Below, piece after piece: positions 9,146 through 19,025 of a DNA stretch of 64,000 bases. Position numbers and translations under genes: made by a program. The notes beneath the pieces are model-generated. The model did not search any database. It saw nothing but the letters and a program-made list of their open reading frames with translations, and was not told the DNA's origin. The stretch is from Staphylococcus phage Twort: the sequence record NC_007021.1, one strand, 5' to 3'. Every line of letters starts with the position of its first letter. Position 1 is the stretch's first letter.

Positions 9146-10534
9146 ATGCATAAAGATACTAACTTGACAGCGGAACAGAATAAGTACGCTGATAAGTTCC
9201 AAGAAGAAGTAATGAAATCCTACCAAACAGGATATGGCATTACACCTGATACACAAGTAGACGCAGGCGCATTACGCCGTGAAATTTTAGATGACCAAAT
9301 TACAATGTTAACATGGACGCAAGATGACTTGATTTTCTACCGTGAAATCTCACGTCGTCCCGCTCAATCTACAGTTCAAAAATATGATGTTTACTTACGT
9401 CATGGTAATGTAGGTCATTCACGTTTTGTTCGTGAGGTTGGTGTAGCACCAGTATCTGACCCTAACATTCGTCAAAAGACCGTTGAAATGAAATACGTTT
9501 CTGATACTAAAAACTTATCAATCGCATCAACTCTTGTTAACAACATTCAAGACCCAATGCAAATCTTAACAGAAGATGCTATTGCTGTTGTTGCAAAAAC
9601 AATTGAATGGGCTTCATTCTACGGTGATGCTTCATTAACTGCAGACCCAACAGGTCAAGGTTTAGAGTTTGATGGTTTAGCAAAATTAATTGATAAAGAT
9701 AACGTAATAGACGCTAAAGGTGAATCTTTAACAGAAACATTATTAAACCGCTCAGCAGTATTAATTGGTAAATCATTCGGTACAGCAACTGACGCTTACA
9801 TGCCTATCGGTGTTCACGCTGATTTCGTAAACTCAGTATTAGGTCGTCAAATGCAATTAATGCAAGACAACAGCGGTAACGTGAATGCAGGTTACAACGT
9901 ACAAGGTTTCTATTCATCTCGTGGATTCATTAAATTACATGGTTCTACAGTAATGGAAAATGAATTAATTTTAGATGAAAGTTTACAACCTTTACCAAAT
10001 GCACCACAACCTGCTACAGTAAAAGCTACAGTTGAAACTGGTAAAAAAGGTTTATTCACTGATGAACATGACCGTGCAGAATTAACTTATAAAGTAGTAG
10101 TTAACTCTGATGATGCACAATCAGCACCTTCAGAAGCAGTAACAGCTACAGTTAACAATGCTACAGATGGTGTTAAATTAGAGATTTCTGTTAACGCTAT
10201 GTACCAACAACAACCACAATTCGTTTCTATCTACCGTCAAGGACGTAAAACAGGTGACTTCTACTTAATCAAACGTTTAGGTATGAAAGAAGTAAACGAT
10301 GAAGGTAAATTAGTATTCTATGACCTTAACGAAACAATTCCTGAAACAACAGACGTATTCGTTGGTGAAATGTCTCCACAAGTATTACACTTGTTCGAGT
10401 TACTTCCAATGATGAAATTACCATTAGCTCAAATTAACGCATCTGTTACATTTGCAGTACTATGGTATGGTGCTTTAGCATTACGTGCGCCTAAGAAATG
10501 GGTACGCATTAAAAACGTTAAGTACATCGTTTAA
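9146..10534 (+). CDS. major capsid protein
   Basis: 462-aa ORF with strong RBS in the MCP position; translationally optimal codons, few AT-rich codons. Confidence 0.85.
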   Translation: MHKDTNLTAEQNKYADKFQEEVMKSYQTGYGITPDTQVDAGALRREILDDQITMLTWTQDDLIFYREISRRPAQSTVQKYDVYLRHGNVGHSRFVREVGVAPVSDPNIRQKTVEMKYVSDTKNLSIASTLVNNIQDPMQILTEDAIAVVAKTIEWASFYGDASLTADPTGQGLEFDGLAKLIDKDNVIDAKGESLTETLLNRSAVLIGKSFGTATDAYMPIGVHADFVNSVLGRQMQLMQDNSGNVNAGYNVQGFYSSRGFIKLHGSTVMENELILDESLQPLPNAPQPATVKATVETGKKGLFTDEHDRAELTYKVVVNSDDAQSAPSEAVTATVNNATDGVKLEISVNAMYQQQPQFVSIYRQGRKTGDFYLIKRLGMKEVNDEGKLVFYDLNETIPETTDVFVGEMSPQVLHLFELLPMMKLPLAQINASVTFAVLWYGALALRAPKKWVRIKNVKYIV

Positions 10535-10568
10535 TAGAATATATAAAAAATTAAATAGAAAATTTTAT

Positions 10569-10597
10569 AGCATGGGTCACATTCCCATGCTTTTTTT
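10569..10597 (+). terminator. Rho-independent terminator after the MCP gene
   Basis: agcatggg..cccatgc followed by TTTTTTT. Confidence 0.7.
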
Positions 10598-10620
10598 ATT
10601 AAATATAAAGGAGATATAAT

Positions 10621-10890
10621 ATGTTACATTATCATAAACCTAATTTGACTATTGCAACTATCCATGGAGAAATTACAGTAGATGAGAATGGAAAAGTTAG
10701 TGGACTAACAAAAACACAAGAGAAAGATTTTAAGGACGTTGTAGGTTATACATATGCAGAGGATAAAAAACCACAACCAAAGAAAGAAGAACCAAAAGAA
10801 GAAAATAAAGAAGAAGTAAAAACAGAACCGAAAAAGAAAACAACACGAAAAACTACACGAAAAACAACAACTAAAAAAGATGAAGAGTAA
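10621..10890 (+). CDS. small protein with basic TTRK repeats at the C-terminus
   Basis: 89-aa ORF with RBS. Confidence 0.5.
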   Translation: MLHYHKPNLTIATIHGEITVDENGKVSGLTKTQEKDFKDVVGYTYAEDKKPQPKKEEPKEENKEEVKTEPKKKTTRKTTRKTTTKKDEE

Positions 10891-10901
10891 GGTGGTATTT
10901 T

Positions 10902-11813
10902 ATGGTTAATTCCATGTTTGGAGGAAATTTAGACCCTTACGAAAAATCACTAAATTATGAGTACCCTTACCACCCATCAGGTAACCCTAAACAGATAGAT
11001 AAAAAAGATATAGAAAACTTAACTTTAGCAGACTATGGGTGGACTCCAGAGGCTATTAAAAACCACTACATGTTTGGTGTTACCGTGCAAAATCCAGATA
11101 CAGGTCAACCTATGGATGACTCTTTTTATAATCATGTTTTGGAGATAGCTATAGACAAAGCTGAAAAAGCATTGGATATTATTATTCTACCCGATATTAA
11201 AAAAGAGATGCGTGACTACTATGAAACAGAATTTAATAGTTATATGTTTGTTCATGCATTTAATAAACCTATTTTACAAGTAGAAAAGTTACAATTAGGT
11301 TTTAACGGTAGAACTATTTATGACTATCCTGCTAACTGGTGGAAAGTAAGTCATGTGGGCGGACACGTGCAATTATTTCCTACAGCATTAATGCAAACAG
11401 GGCAATCTTTAGCTTATGATGCAGTATTTAATGGGTATCCACAATTAGCAGGAGTGTACCCACCTAGTGGAGCAAACTTTGCACCACAGATGATTCAATT
11501 AGAGTATGTAGCAGGTATGTTACCACGTAAACGTGCAGGAGTAACTAAACCATGGGAAGTCCCACCTAGTTTAGAACAATTAGTTATAAAATATGCTCTA
11601 AAAGAAATTTATCAAGTATGGGGAAATTTAATCATAGGTGCAGGGATTGCCAACAAATCCCTAGAAGTAGACGGCATTTCCGAAACTATTGGCACTACAC
11701 AATCTGCTATGTATGGTGGAGCATCAGCACAGATTATTCAAATTGATGCTGATATTAAAGAGCTGTTATCTGGATTACGTTCATATTATGGTCAAAATAT
11801 GGTAGGAATTTAA
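10902..11813 (+). CDS. virion morphogenesis protein (head completion / neck candidate)
   Basis: Position between MCP and tail sheath. Confidence 0.4.
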   Translation: MVNSMFGGNLDPYEKSLNYEYPYHPSGNPKQIDKKDIENLTLADYGWTPEAIKNHYMFGVTVQNPDTGQPMDDSFYNHVLEIAIDKAEKALDIIILPDIKKEMRDYYETEFNSYMFVHAFNKPILQVEKLQLGFNGRTIYDYPANWWKVSHVGGHVQLFPTALMQTGQSLAYDAVFNGYPQLAGVYPPSGANFAPQMIQLEYVAGMLPRKRAGVTKPWEVPPSLEQLVIKYALKEIYQVWGNLIIGAGIANKSLEVDGISETIGTTQSAMYGGASAQIIQIDADIKELLSGLRSYYGQNMVGI

Positions 11814-11824
11814 GGACTGATTAA

Positions 11825-12712
11825 ATGGAAAAAAGGTATATTCTGGGTTCAACTAATAATGCAGAAGTATTTAATAAATCTACACAATACTCAACAAATA
11901 CAGGTAGTATGGAGCAAGATAAAACTAAATATACTACTAGATTAGAGTTTGATACCGTTGATATGATTAGATTTATTAATGACAGAGGAATTAAAGTTTT
12001 GTGGGAAAGTGCTTACTTTTGTCCTTGTTTAAATAAACAGACAGGGCAACCTAGGATGGACTGTCCACAGTGTCATGGGAAAGGTATTGCTTATTTACCA
12101 CCTAAAGAAACAATTATGATGATACAATCCCAAGAAAAAGGCACTAACTATATGGATATAGGATTACTTGATACAGGAACAGCTATTGGTACTACACTAC
12201 TTGAAACAAGAGTTTCCTACAGAGATAGGTTTACTGTACCAGAAGTATTAATGCCTCAAGCTTCTATACACTATGTGAGTGAGGAGCGTATAGAAAAAGG
12301 AATACCTATGTACTATGATGTAAAAGAGATAGAATACATAGCTACACAAGACGGTATTGTACCTAATGATGATTATAAATTAGAAAATAACAGATTATTT
12401 TTAGATAAAAAATACCAAGGTCAAAATATTACTATTAAAATATTAATGGTACTTCGATATATTGTTTCAGATATTTTAAAAGAGTCAAGATACCAATACA
12501 CTAAATTTAATCAAGCAAGACCTAAATTTGAGAATTTACCACAAAAATTATTACTAAAAAGAGAAGACGTTATTGTTACACCTGCACCTTATAAAGTAGA
12601 AAGTGGTATAGGTAACGATATAGAGGCAAAAGTAGAAGACCCTAAAGCTACACCTAATAAGCCTAATATTAGTAATATGGGTGGATTCTTTGGAGGAGCA
12701 TTTGAATCCTAA
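11825..12712 (+). CDS. structural protein with Cys4 zinc ribbon (CPC..x14..CPQCHGKG)
   Basis: 295-aa ORF; zinc-ribbon motif is visible. Confidence 0.45.
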   Translation: MEKRYILGSTNNAEVFNKSTQYSTNTGSMEQDKTKYTTRLEFDTVDMIRFINDRGIKVLWESAYFCPCLNKQTGQPRMDCPQCHGKGIAYLPPKETIMMIQSQEKGTNYMDIGLLDTGTAIGTTLLETRVSYRDRFTVPEVLMPQASIHYVSEERIEKGIPMYYDVKEIEYIATQDGIVPNDDYKLENNRLFLDKKYQGQNITIKILMVLRYIVSDILKESRYQYTKFNQARPKFENLPQKLLLKREDVIVTPAPYKVESGIGNDIEAKVEDPKATPNKPNISNMGGFFGGAFES

Positions 12713-13356
12713 TGGGAAAAAGAGTACAAGTAAAAGGTAATAGACCTAACCTATTCAAAGGTGACCAACCACGAAAAGTAGGTAGAAAAGCTATTAATGA
12801 GATGAAAGCAGAGATTTTAGATAACCTACAAGTAGTAGCTCAATCAGCATCAGATGATGATGTCTATATTAAACGTATGCCTAACTACTTAGAGGTTACG
12901 GAAAAAAAGTTAGAAAAGCACGGTGTTATTGACCTTAAAAAAGCTTTTGCCAAATCTAGTAAACGTAGACCTAAAAAAGATGGTGGTTGGTACCTTATTG
13001 TACCTATAAGAATCAAAGCAAAAAGCCTTAATAAAAAAGCATATCATGATTTAAGAAAAGCACAAATACCTAGTGGTGCAAAATCTGTTACTAAAGTAAC
13101 TGATTACTTAGATGGTAGAAGAAAATCTGTTACTCATCCCGCACTAAAACCACAACCTATGAGTAAAAATACAACACGATTTAAAACAAAAAATAAAAAG
13201 CAATCTGGTTATGCAATATTTAGAACAGTTTCTAACACTTCCCCTGCAAATTCATGGATTTTAAATAGAGATAAAGTAACGAATAAGAATTTTTCTAAAA
13301 CAACAATTAGAAATATAGAAAGACTTATGAAATGGAAACTAGAAAATATGAAATAA
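12712..13356 (+). CDS. basic virion / neck protein candidate
   Basis: 214-aa ORF, start overlaps the upstream stop. Confidence 0.4.
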   Translation: MGKRVQVKGNRPNLFKGDQPRKVGRKAINEMKAEILDNLQVVAQSASDDDVYIKRMPNYLEVTEKKLEKHGVIDLKKAFAKSSKRRPKKDGGWYLIVPIRIKAKSLNKKAYHDLRKAQIPSGAKSVTKVTDYLDGRRKSVTHPALKPQPMSKNTTRFKTKNKKQSGYAIFRTVSNTSPANSWILNRDKVTNKNFSKTTIRNIERLMKWKLENMK

Positions 13357-13386
13357 GGTAGGTGAGTTATTATAGCTATTATTTCT

Positions 13387-14214
13387 ATGGACTCTTATTT
13401 ACGAAAAGAATTAGAGCCAAGGCTACGTACAGTATTACATAATTGTTATATTATAGATGAAGTTTTAAAAGACTTTGATGAACAAGCTCGTGATTCTTTT
13501 AAAGAATCATTTTGTGGTAAGGATGCACCTAATGAGGTTACTATAGGATATGATTTTCCTAAGTTTAAAACCAATCATGGTGCGCATTATTTAATACAAC
13601 TAGATGAGGGTAGTGAAACACAAAACTCACTAGGTAATGTACAAGGTTCTTATACAGAGGCTAACGATGATACCAAAAGGGAATTAGTCACAGCAAAAAA
13701 AGTAAATAATAGGTTAGTATTTACAGTATCCAAACCTATACATGAGGTTTTATATGTAGAGGATATAGCATTTTCCTCATCAGATGAAGTGCAGATTGAG
13801 GATAATACATTTTCTTTTAATTATGAAGGAAACGAGGACTATGAGAATTACAATGCTATTATTACTTATGTAGAGAAGACTAATAACACTAAAGGTATTG
13901 TTAAAGGTTTTACAGCTGAAGAGCGTTGTATTATTGTAGGACTATCTTACAATGTAGATGTTGCAAGATGCTTAGATGCTATTCTAAAGATGTTATTAAT
14001 ATCTATGAGGGATGGTATAGAAGAGCAACAATCCCTACAATTACAGAATCTAAGTTTTGGTACTATGGCACCTATTATAGATGATGGTGAGAGTCCTATC
14101 TTTGGTAGACCTACTACTATTAAGTATACAGTATCCCATGACTTAGATTACACAATTACACAAGATATTAATAAACTTACTTTCAAGGAAAGGAAAGATA
14201 AGAATGGCAAGTAA
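13387..14214 (+). CDS. tail completion / sheath-proximal protein candidate
   Basis: 275-aa ORF immediately before the sheath gene. Confidence 0.4.
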   Translation: MDSYLRKELEPRLRTVLHNCYIIDEVLKDFDEQARDSFKESFCGKDAPNEVTIGYDFPKFKTNHGAHYLIQLDEGSETQNSLGNVQGSYTEANDDTKRELVTAKKVNNRLVFTVSKPIHEVLYVEDIAFSSSDEVQIEDNTFSFNYEGNEDYENYNAIITYVEKTNNTKGIVKGFTAEERCIIVGLSYNVDVARCLDAILKMLLISMRDGIEEQQSLQLQNLSFGTMAPIIDDGESPIFGRPTTIKYTVSHDLDYTITQDINKLTFKERKDKNGK

Positions 14215-14413
14215 AAGAACTACACCTAAATATAAACATAATGGGTATGTTCATATTGACACTTTCTTAGACACAGCAAAAACTGTGTTTCATTTATCAG
14301 AGGGTCAATGCGAAGGATTTAAAGCCCTTATGTCTGGAAAGCATTATCAATTTCAAGAAACAGACTTCTTACCTTACTTAGAAGACTACTTAGGTAAGAA
14401 ATTAGAAGTTTAA
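14204..14413 (+). CDS. small hypothetical protein
   Basis: 69-aa ORF overlapping the upstream gene. Confidence 0.4.
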   Translation: MASKRTTPKYKHNGYVHIDTFLDTAKTVFHLSEGQCEGFKALMSGKHYQFQETDFLPYLEDYLGKKLEV

Positions 14414-14433
14414 AATAAAGGAGACTATAATAC

Positions 14434-16197
14434 ATGGCAAAAGATATATTTCCACGTAGACCTATCCAACGTCCCCATGCTTCAATCGAAGTAGATTCAT
14501 CTGGTATTGGTGGTTCAGCTAGTAACAGTGAAAAAATTCTATGTTTGATTGGTAAAGCAGAGGGCGGGGAGCCTAATACAGTCTACCAAGTACGAAATTA
14601 TGCACAAGCTAAATCAGTATTTCGTTCTGGTGAATTACTAGATGCAATTGAGTTAGCTTGGGGTTCTAACCCACAATACACAGCAGGTAAAATCCTAGCT
14701 ATGCGTGTAGAAGATGCTAAAGCATCTCAGTTAGAAAAAGGTGGACTAAGAGTAACGTCTAAAATCTTTGGTTCCGTATCTAATGACATTCAAGTAGCAT
14801 TAGAAAAAAATACAATCACAGATTCTTTACGTTTACGAGTTGTTTTCCAAAAAGATAATTATCAAGAAGTATTTGACAACTTAGGTAACATCTTCTCTAT
14901 TAACTATAAAGGTGAAGGTGAAAAAGCTACGTTCTCAGTAGAGAAAGATAAAGAAACACAAGAGGCAAAACGTTTAGTATTAAAAGTAGATGAAAAAGAA
15001 GTTAAAGCCTATGAACTAAATGGTGGTGCTTACTCTTTCACTAATGAAATCATCACTGACATTAACGAATTACCTGACTTTGAGGCAAAATTATCACCAT
15101 TTGGAGATAAAAACCTTGAGTCACGTAAGTTAGATGAGGCTACAGATGTAGATATTAAAGGTAAAGCTGTTTATGTTAAAGCCGTATTTGGTGACATTGA
15201 GAACCAAACTCAATATAACCAATATGTTAAGTTCGAACAGTTACCTGAACAAGCATCAGAACCTAGTGATGTTGAGGTACATGCTGAAACTGAATCGGCT
15301 ACGGTGACAGCTACATCTAAACCTAAAGCAATTGAACCGTTCGAATTAACTAAACTTTCTGGAGGTACTAATGGTGAACCACCAACATCTTGGTCAGCTA
15401 AGCTAGAGAAGTTTAAAAATGAAGGTGGATACTATATCGTACCTTTAACTGACCGTCAATCAGTACATTCAGAGGTAGCAACATTTGTTAAGAATCGTTC
15501 TGATGCAGGAGAGCCTATGCGTGCTATTGTAGGTGGGGGTACTTCTGAAACTAAAGAAAAGTTATTTGGACGACAAGCTATTTTAAACAACCCTCGTGTT
15601 GCTTTAGTAGCTAACTCTGGTAAGTTTGTTATGGGTAATGGTCGCATCTTACAAGCACCTGCTTACATGGTAGCTAGTGCTGTCGCAGGTTTAGTTAGTG
15701 GATTAGATATTGGTGAGTCAATCACGTTTAAACCATTATTTGTTAACAGCTTAGACAAAGTTTACGAATCAGAGGAATTAGATGAACTTAATGAAAATGG
15801 TATTATTACTATTGAGTTTGTCCGTAACCGTATGACTACAATGTTCCGTATTGTAGATGATGTTACAACATTCCCTGATAAGAATGACCCTGTTAAGTCA
15901 GAAATGGCTTTAGGGGAAGCAAATGACTTCTTAGTAAGTGAGCTTAAAATCTTACTTGAAGAACAATATATTGGTACACGAACTATCAATACAAGTGCTT
16001 CACAAATTAAAGACTTTGTTCAATCTTATTTAGGACGTAAGAAACGTGATAATGAAATTCAAGATTTCCCACCTGAAGATGTTCAAGTAATTATTGAAGG
16101 TAATGAAGCTAGAATTAGTTTAACTATCTTCCCAATTAGAGCTCTTAAGAAAATTTCAGTATCACTTGTTTATAGACAACAAACATTACAAGCCTAA
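14434..16197 (+). CDS. tail sheath protein
   Basis: 587-aa ORF with strong RBS AAGGAGA, followed by the tail-tube gene; codon usage of a highly expressed gene. Confidence 0.85.
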   Translation: MAKDIFPRRPIQRPHASIEVDSSGIGGSASNSEKILCLIGKAEGGEPNTVYQVRNYAQAKSVFRSGELLDAIELAWGSNPQYTAGKILAMRVEDAKASQLEKGGLRVTSKIFGSVSNDIQVALEKNTITDSLRLRVVFQKDNYQEVFDNLGNIFSINYKGEGEKATFSVEKDKETQEAKRLVLKVDEKEVKAYELNGGAYSFTNEIITDINELPDFEAKLSPFGDKNLESRKLDEATDVDIKGKAVYVKAVFGDIENQTQYNQYVKFEQLPEQASEPSDVEVHAETESATVTATSKPKAIEPFELTKLSGGTNGEPPTSWSAKLEKFKNEGGYYIVPLTDRQSVHSEVATFVKNRSDAGEPMRAIVGGGTSETKEKLFGRQAILNNPRVALVANSGKFVMGNGRILQAPAYMVASAVAGLVSGLDIGESITFKPLFVNSLDKVYESEELDELNENGIITIEFVRNRMTTMFRIVDDVTTFPDKNDPVKSEMALGEANDFLVSELKILLEEQYIGTRTINTSASQIKDFVQSYLGRKKRDNEIQDFPPEDVQVIIEGNEARISLTIFPIRALKKISVSLVYRQQTLQA

Positions 16198-16208
16198 TGT
16201 TTTATCTC

Positions 16209-16250
16209 TTATAGAGGGTTTAGGCTTGTAATACCCTCTATAAATATAAA
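16209..16250 (+). terminator. Hairpin / partial terminator after the sheath gene
   Basis: tatagagggt..accctctata stem; weak T tail. Confidence 0.4.
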
Positions 16251-16271
16251 TTTATGGAGAGTGAATAATTA

Positions 16272-17563
16272 ATGGCATCTCAAGCTAAACAGACAGTCCA
16301 TACTGGTAATACCGTAATGCTTATGATTAAAGGTAAACCTGTAGGTAGAGCTCAATCAGCGTCTGGTACACGTTCTTACGGTACAGAAGGGGTATATGAG
16401 ATTGGTTCTATCATGCCACAAGAACACGTTTACCTTAAGTATGAAGGTGAATTAACAGTAGAACGTCTACGAATGAAAAAAGAGAACTTTGCAAAATTAG
16501 GATATGCTTCTCTTGGTGAAGAAATCCTTAAGAAAGATATTATTGACATTGTTGTTATTGACAACTTGACTAAAGAAGTGCTTGTGTCATATCACGGTTG
16601 TAGTGCTAATAACTATGAACTTCGTAGCTTCACATAGTAATATGTGTCGAAAAACTTTTCTAAACAGGGAAGCCTAAGTCTATTAGATATGGTAATCCTG
16701 TGCTAAATCAGATTAATAATCTGTAAATGCCAAACGACTAACTGAAACCTACTTGATAATTCAAGGGGAGTAAGTGTAGAGCCAAGCGGTAGAAGTTTTA
16801 AGTAATTATTATGTAAATCTTCTTTAAATCGAAAAGAAAAGAGTCCTTTTTTAGGATTGTGATATAGTCTGAACATATATGGAAACATATAGCAGTTCCT
16901 AGAGAACGGGCAGTGAGTAGCGACCACTGTTGAACATAATGGATGAAGCATGGAACACTAATGAAATAACTACTGAAAGCATAAATAATTGTGCCTTTAT
17001 ACAGTAATGTATATCGAAAAATCCTCTAATTCAGGGAACACCTAAACAAACTAAGATGTAGGCAATCCTGAGCTAAGCTCTTAGTAATAAGAGAAAGTGC
17101 AACGACTATTCCGATAGGAAGTAGGGTCAAGTGACTCGAAATGGGGATTACCCTTCTAGGGTAGTGATATAGTCTGAACATATATGGAAACATATAGAAG
17201 GATAGGAGTAACGAACCTATTCGTAACATAATTGAACTTTTAGTTATTTATCAGCATAAAATTATCTTGTGCCTTTACACAGTAATGTGTATTGAAAACT
17301 CCTTTAATTCATGGGAAATCTTAATTAAGACAATCATGAGCCAAGCCTAGCAATAGGAAGGTGCAACGACTAGAGAAAGGGTAGCTTACTATTATAGGTA
17401 GTAAGTGAGAACCGAGTATCGTACGCTCAAGTGAGTGGAAATGGGGAGTGTCCTAGAGTAACGACTAGGATAATGATATAGTCTGAACATATATGGAAAC
17501 ATATAGAAGGATAGGAGTAACGAACCTATTCGTAACATAATTGCAGATAAAGCTTCACGATAG
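16272..17563 (+). CDS. tail tube protein gene split by three group I introns; ~139 aa when spliced
   Basis: Inferred exons: 16272-16607, 16942-16982 (41 nt), 17235-17257 (23 nt), 17544-17563. Exon 1 ORF (112 aa) follows the sheath gene. Splice sites are inferred from alignment of the intron copies, the U-before-5'SS and G-before-3'SS rules, and frame continuity (84 nt = 28 codons to TAG at 17561-17563). Confidence 0.55.
16608..16941 (+). mobile_element. Group I intron 1 of the tail-tube gene (ORF-less)
   Basis: P/Q/R/S-like core elements; 3' end ..GUUGAACAUAAUG. Confidence 0.55.
16983..17234 (+). mobile_element. Group I intron 2 of the tail-tube gene (ORF-less)
   Basis: Starts aaataattgtgcc..; R ..gcaacgacta..; 3' 75 nt identical to intron 3, ending ..cgtaacataattg. 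Confidence 0.55.
17258..17543 (+). mobile_element. Group I intron 3 of the tail-tube gene (ORF-less)
   Basis: Starts aaaattatcttgtgcc..; same conserved 3' core; ends ..cgtaacataattg. Confidence 0.55.
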
Positions 17564-17572
17564 TATCTTATT

Positions 17573-17601
17573 AGACCTAGAATATTCTAGGTCTTTTTTT
17601 A
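17573..17601 (+). terminator. Rho-independent terminator after the tail-tube gene
   Basis: agacctagaatattctaggtct followed by TTTTTTT. Confidence 0.7.
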
Positions 17602-17653
17602 TTGACTTTATGTAAAATATAGTGTAACATAAAGTATACAGGAGGCTAATATA

Positions 17654-18967
17654 ATGGATAAGAAAATATTAAAAGAAGCTAGTAGATTAGGGATAAAAAT
17701 TATTAAAGAGGATAAAATAACAAGAAATAAAACACATGTAGGAGTAATTCTTAGAGGTAAGTTTAAAGGGTGTGAATGCCATGTATCTTACGAATATTTA
17801 AAAAACAAGAATAATAACACAGAATTTGTAATTACCATTTTAACTGATAGAGGTAAGAAACAGTATTTTAATAAAGTAGCAGAAGAAAGGGGATATAAAA
17901 TACTAGAATACCCCAAAGAGTTACTAACGGTAAATAGATGTAAACTTTTATCACCCAAAGGTAATACATGGGATGTACAATGGAACTCCTTTGAAAACAA
18001 TAGGAACAGTAACTGCCCTAAAGATAAATTAAAAAGCATAGGAGAGAGAATAGTAGCAACTATATTAAGAGAAAATAATATAGATTTCACCTCTGAAAAA
18101 GGTATATATACGGGTCTTAAAGTTAGACAGAGGTTAGATTTCTATTTCATAATAGGAGGACAAAAATACGCAATAGAATACATGGGTAGACAACACACAG
18201 AAGAAGTAAAAGGAGGATGGGGAGTATCACTAGACAGAATTATATTTTTAGATAAATTAAAAGAAGAGTATTGTCGAAGTAATGGAATTAAATTACTACA
18301 GGTGTGGTACCCTATGGAAGATAAGGAAAGTATATTCACAGAAATAAAAGAATTTTTAGACATACCTTTAAAATATACCCCCGAAGTAGATTATATATCT
18401 AGGCTAAATGACAACGAAGAAGAAATTTTAGAATACTACAAAAACCATTCTGCAGAGGAAACATCAAACAAATACGGGATTACTATTAACCAAGTTAAAG
18501 GAATATTAAATAGGACTAAATTTACGAAAAGATTTAAAAGTGTGGAAGGTATTAATATTAAGTCAGGTGAAAAGTTACAGTTTAATACTTTAAAAGAAGC
18601 ACAAGAATACTTTAAAGATAGTAAAGGTGTGGACACTATAAGGGCATGCGTAATAGGAAAAAGAAAAACAGCATGTGGGTATATATGGAGATACAAAGAC
18701 GAAGATTTTTCAGAATTATCTACAAAAATAACAGATAAGAGAATAAAAGTATTTAAGGCAATAAAAGGGAGTGAAGTAATAACACTTCCATTACAAATGT
18801 TATCTATAAAGACAGGGCTTGCTATACAAACAATTACTAAATTAGCAAGAAATAAAGGAAAAACAAGCAAAGGATATGAAATTATAGAAGTAACAGGAGA
18901 AGAGAAAGGAGAGATTTTGGATAGTATAAGTTTTGTAGACTATGTGCAAAGTTTAAATAAAAAGTAA
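17654..18967 (+). CDS. Free-standing homing-endonuclease-like protein: Vsr/DUF559-type PD-(D/E)XK nuclease domain plus C-terminal helix-turn-helix DNA-binding module
   Basis: Central segment ..RLDFYFIIGGQKYAIEYMGRQH..CRSNGIKLLQVWY.. is paralogous to the C-terminus of the 200-1165 intron ORF. C-terminal ..GKRKTACGYIWRY.. is an IENR/NUMOD-like DNA-binding motif found in phage homing endonucleases. Confidence 0.6.
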   Translation: MDKKILKEASRLGIKIIKEDKITRNKTHVGVILRGKFKGCECHVSYEYLKNKNNNTEFVITILTDRGKKQYFNKVAEERGYKILEYPKELLTVNRCKLLSPKGNTWDVQWNSFENNRNSNCPKDKLKSIGERIVATILRENNIDFTSEKGIYTGLKVRQRLDFYFIIGGQKYAIEYMGRQHTEEVKGGWGVSLDRIIFLDKLKEEYCRSNGIKLLQVWYPMEDKESIFTEIKEFLDIPLKYTPEVDYISRLNDNEEEILEYYKNHSAEETSNKYGITINQVKGILNRTKFTKRFKSVEGINIKSGEKLQFNTLKEAQEYFKDSKGVDTIRACVIGKRKTACGYIWRYKDEDFSELSTKITDKRIKVFKAIKGSEVITLPLQMLSIKTGLAIQTITKLARNKGKTSKGYEIIEVTGEEKGEILDSISFVDYVQSLNKK

Positions 18968-18972
18968 CCTCA

Positions 18973-19008
18973 ATAACCCTTGACAATACTCAAGGGTTAT
19001 TTTATATT
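18973..19008 (+). promoter_or_regulatory. Terminator-like hairpin with an embedded sigma-A-type promoter (TTGACA 18980-18985, 17-nt spacer, TATATT 19003-19008)
   Basis: aataaccctt..aagggttatt stem with the -35 hexamer in the loop; T-rich tail. Confidence 0.4.
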
Positions 19009-19025
19009 ATTAGTGAGGTGAAAAG

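Noticed and set aside
16703-17229. Two minus-strand ORFs (82 and 67 aa) sharing the peptide MFPYMFRLYH
   Set aside because: They lie inside tail-tube introns 1 and 2. The shared peptide is the reverse-complement reading of the repeated group I core (..tatatggaaacatatag..), so the similarity reflects the RNA repeat, not protein-coding.
16640-17620. Possible CRISPR-like or tandem repeat array, because of the repeated ~75-nt blocks
   Set aside because: The repeat units are group I intron cores with P/Q/R/S elements at variable spacing. Their spacers are not uniform in length and are the micro-exons of the tail-tube gene.
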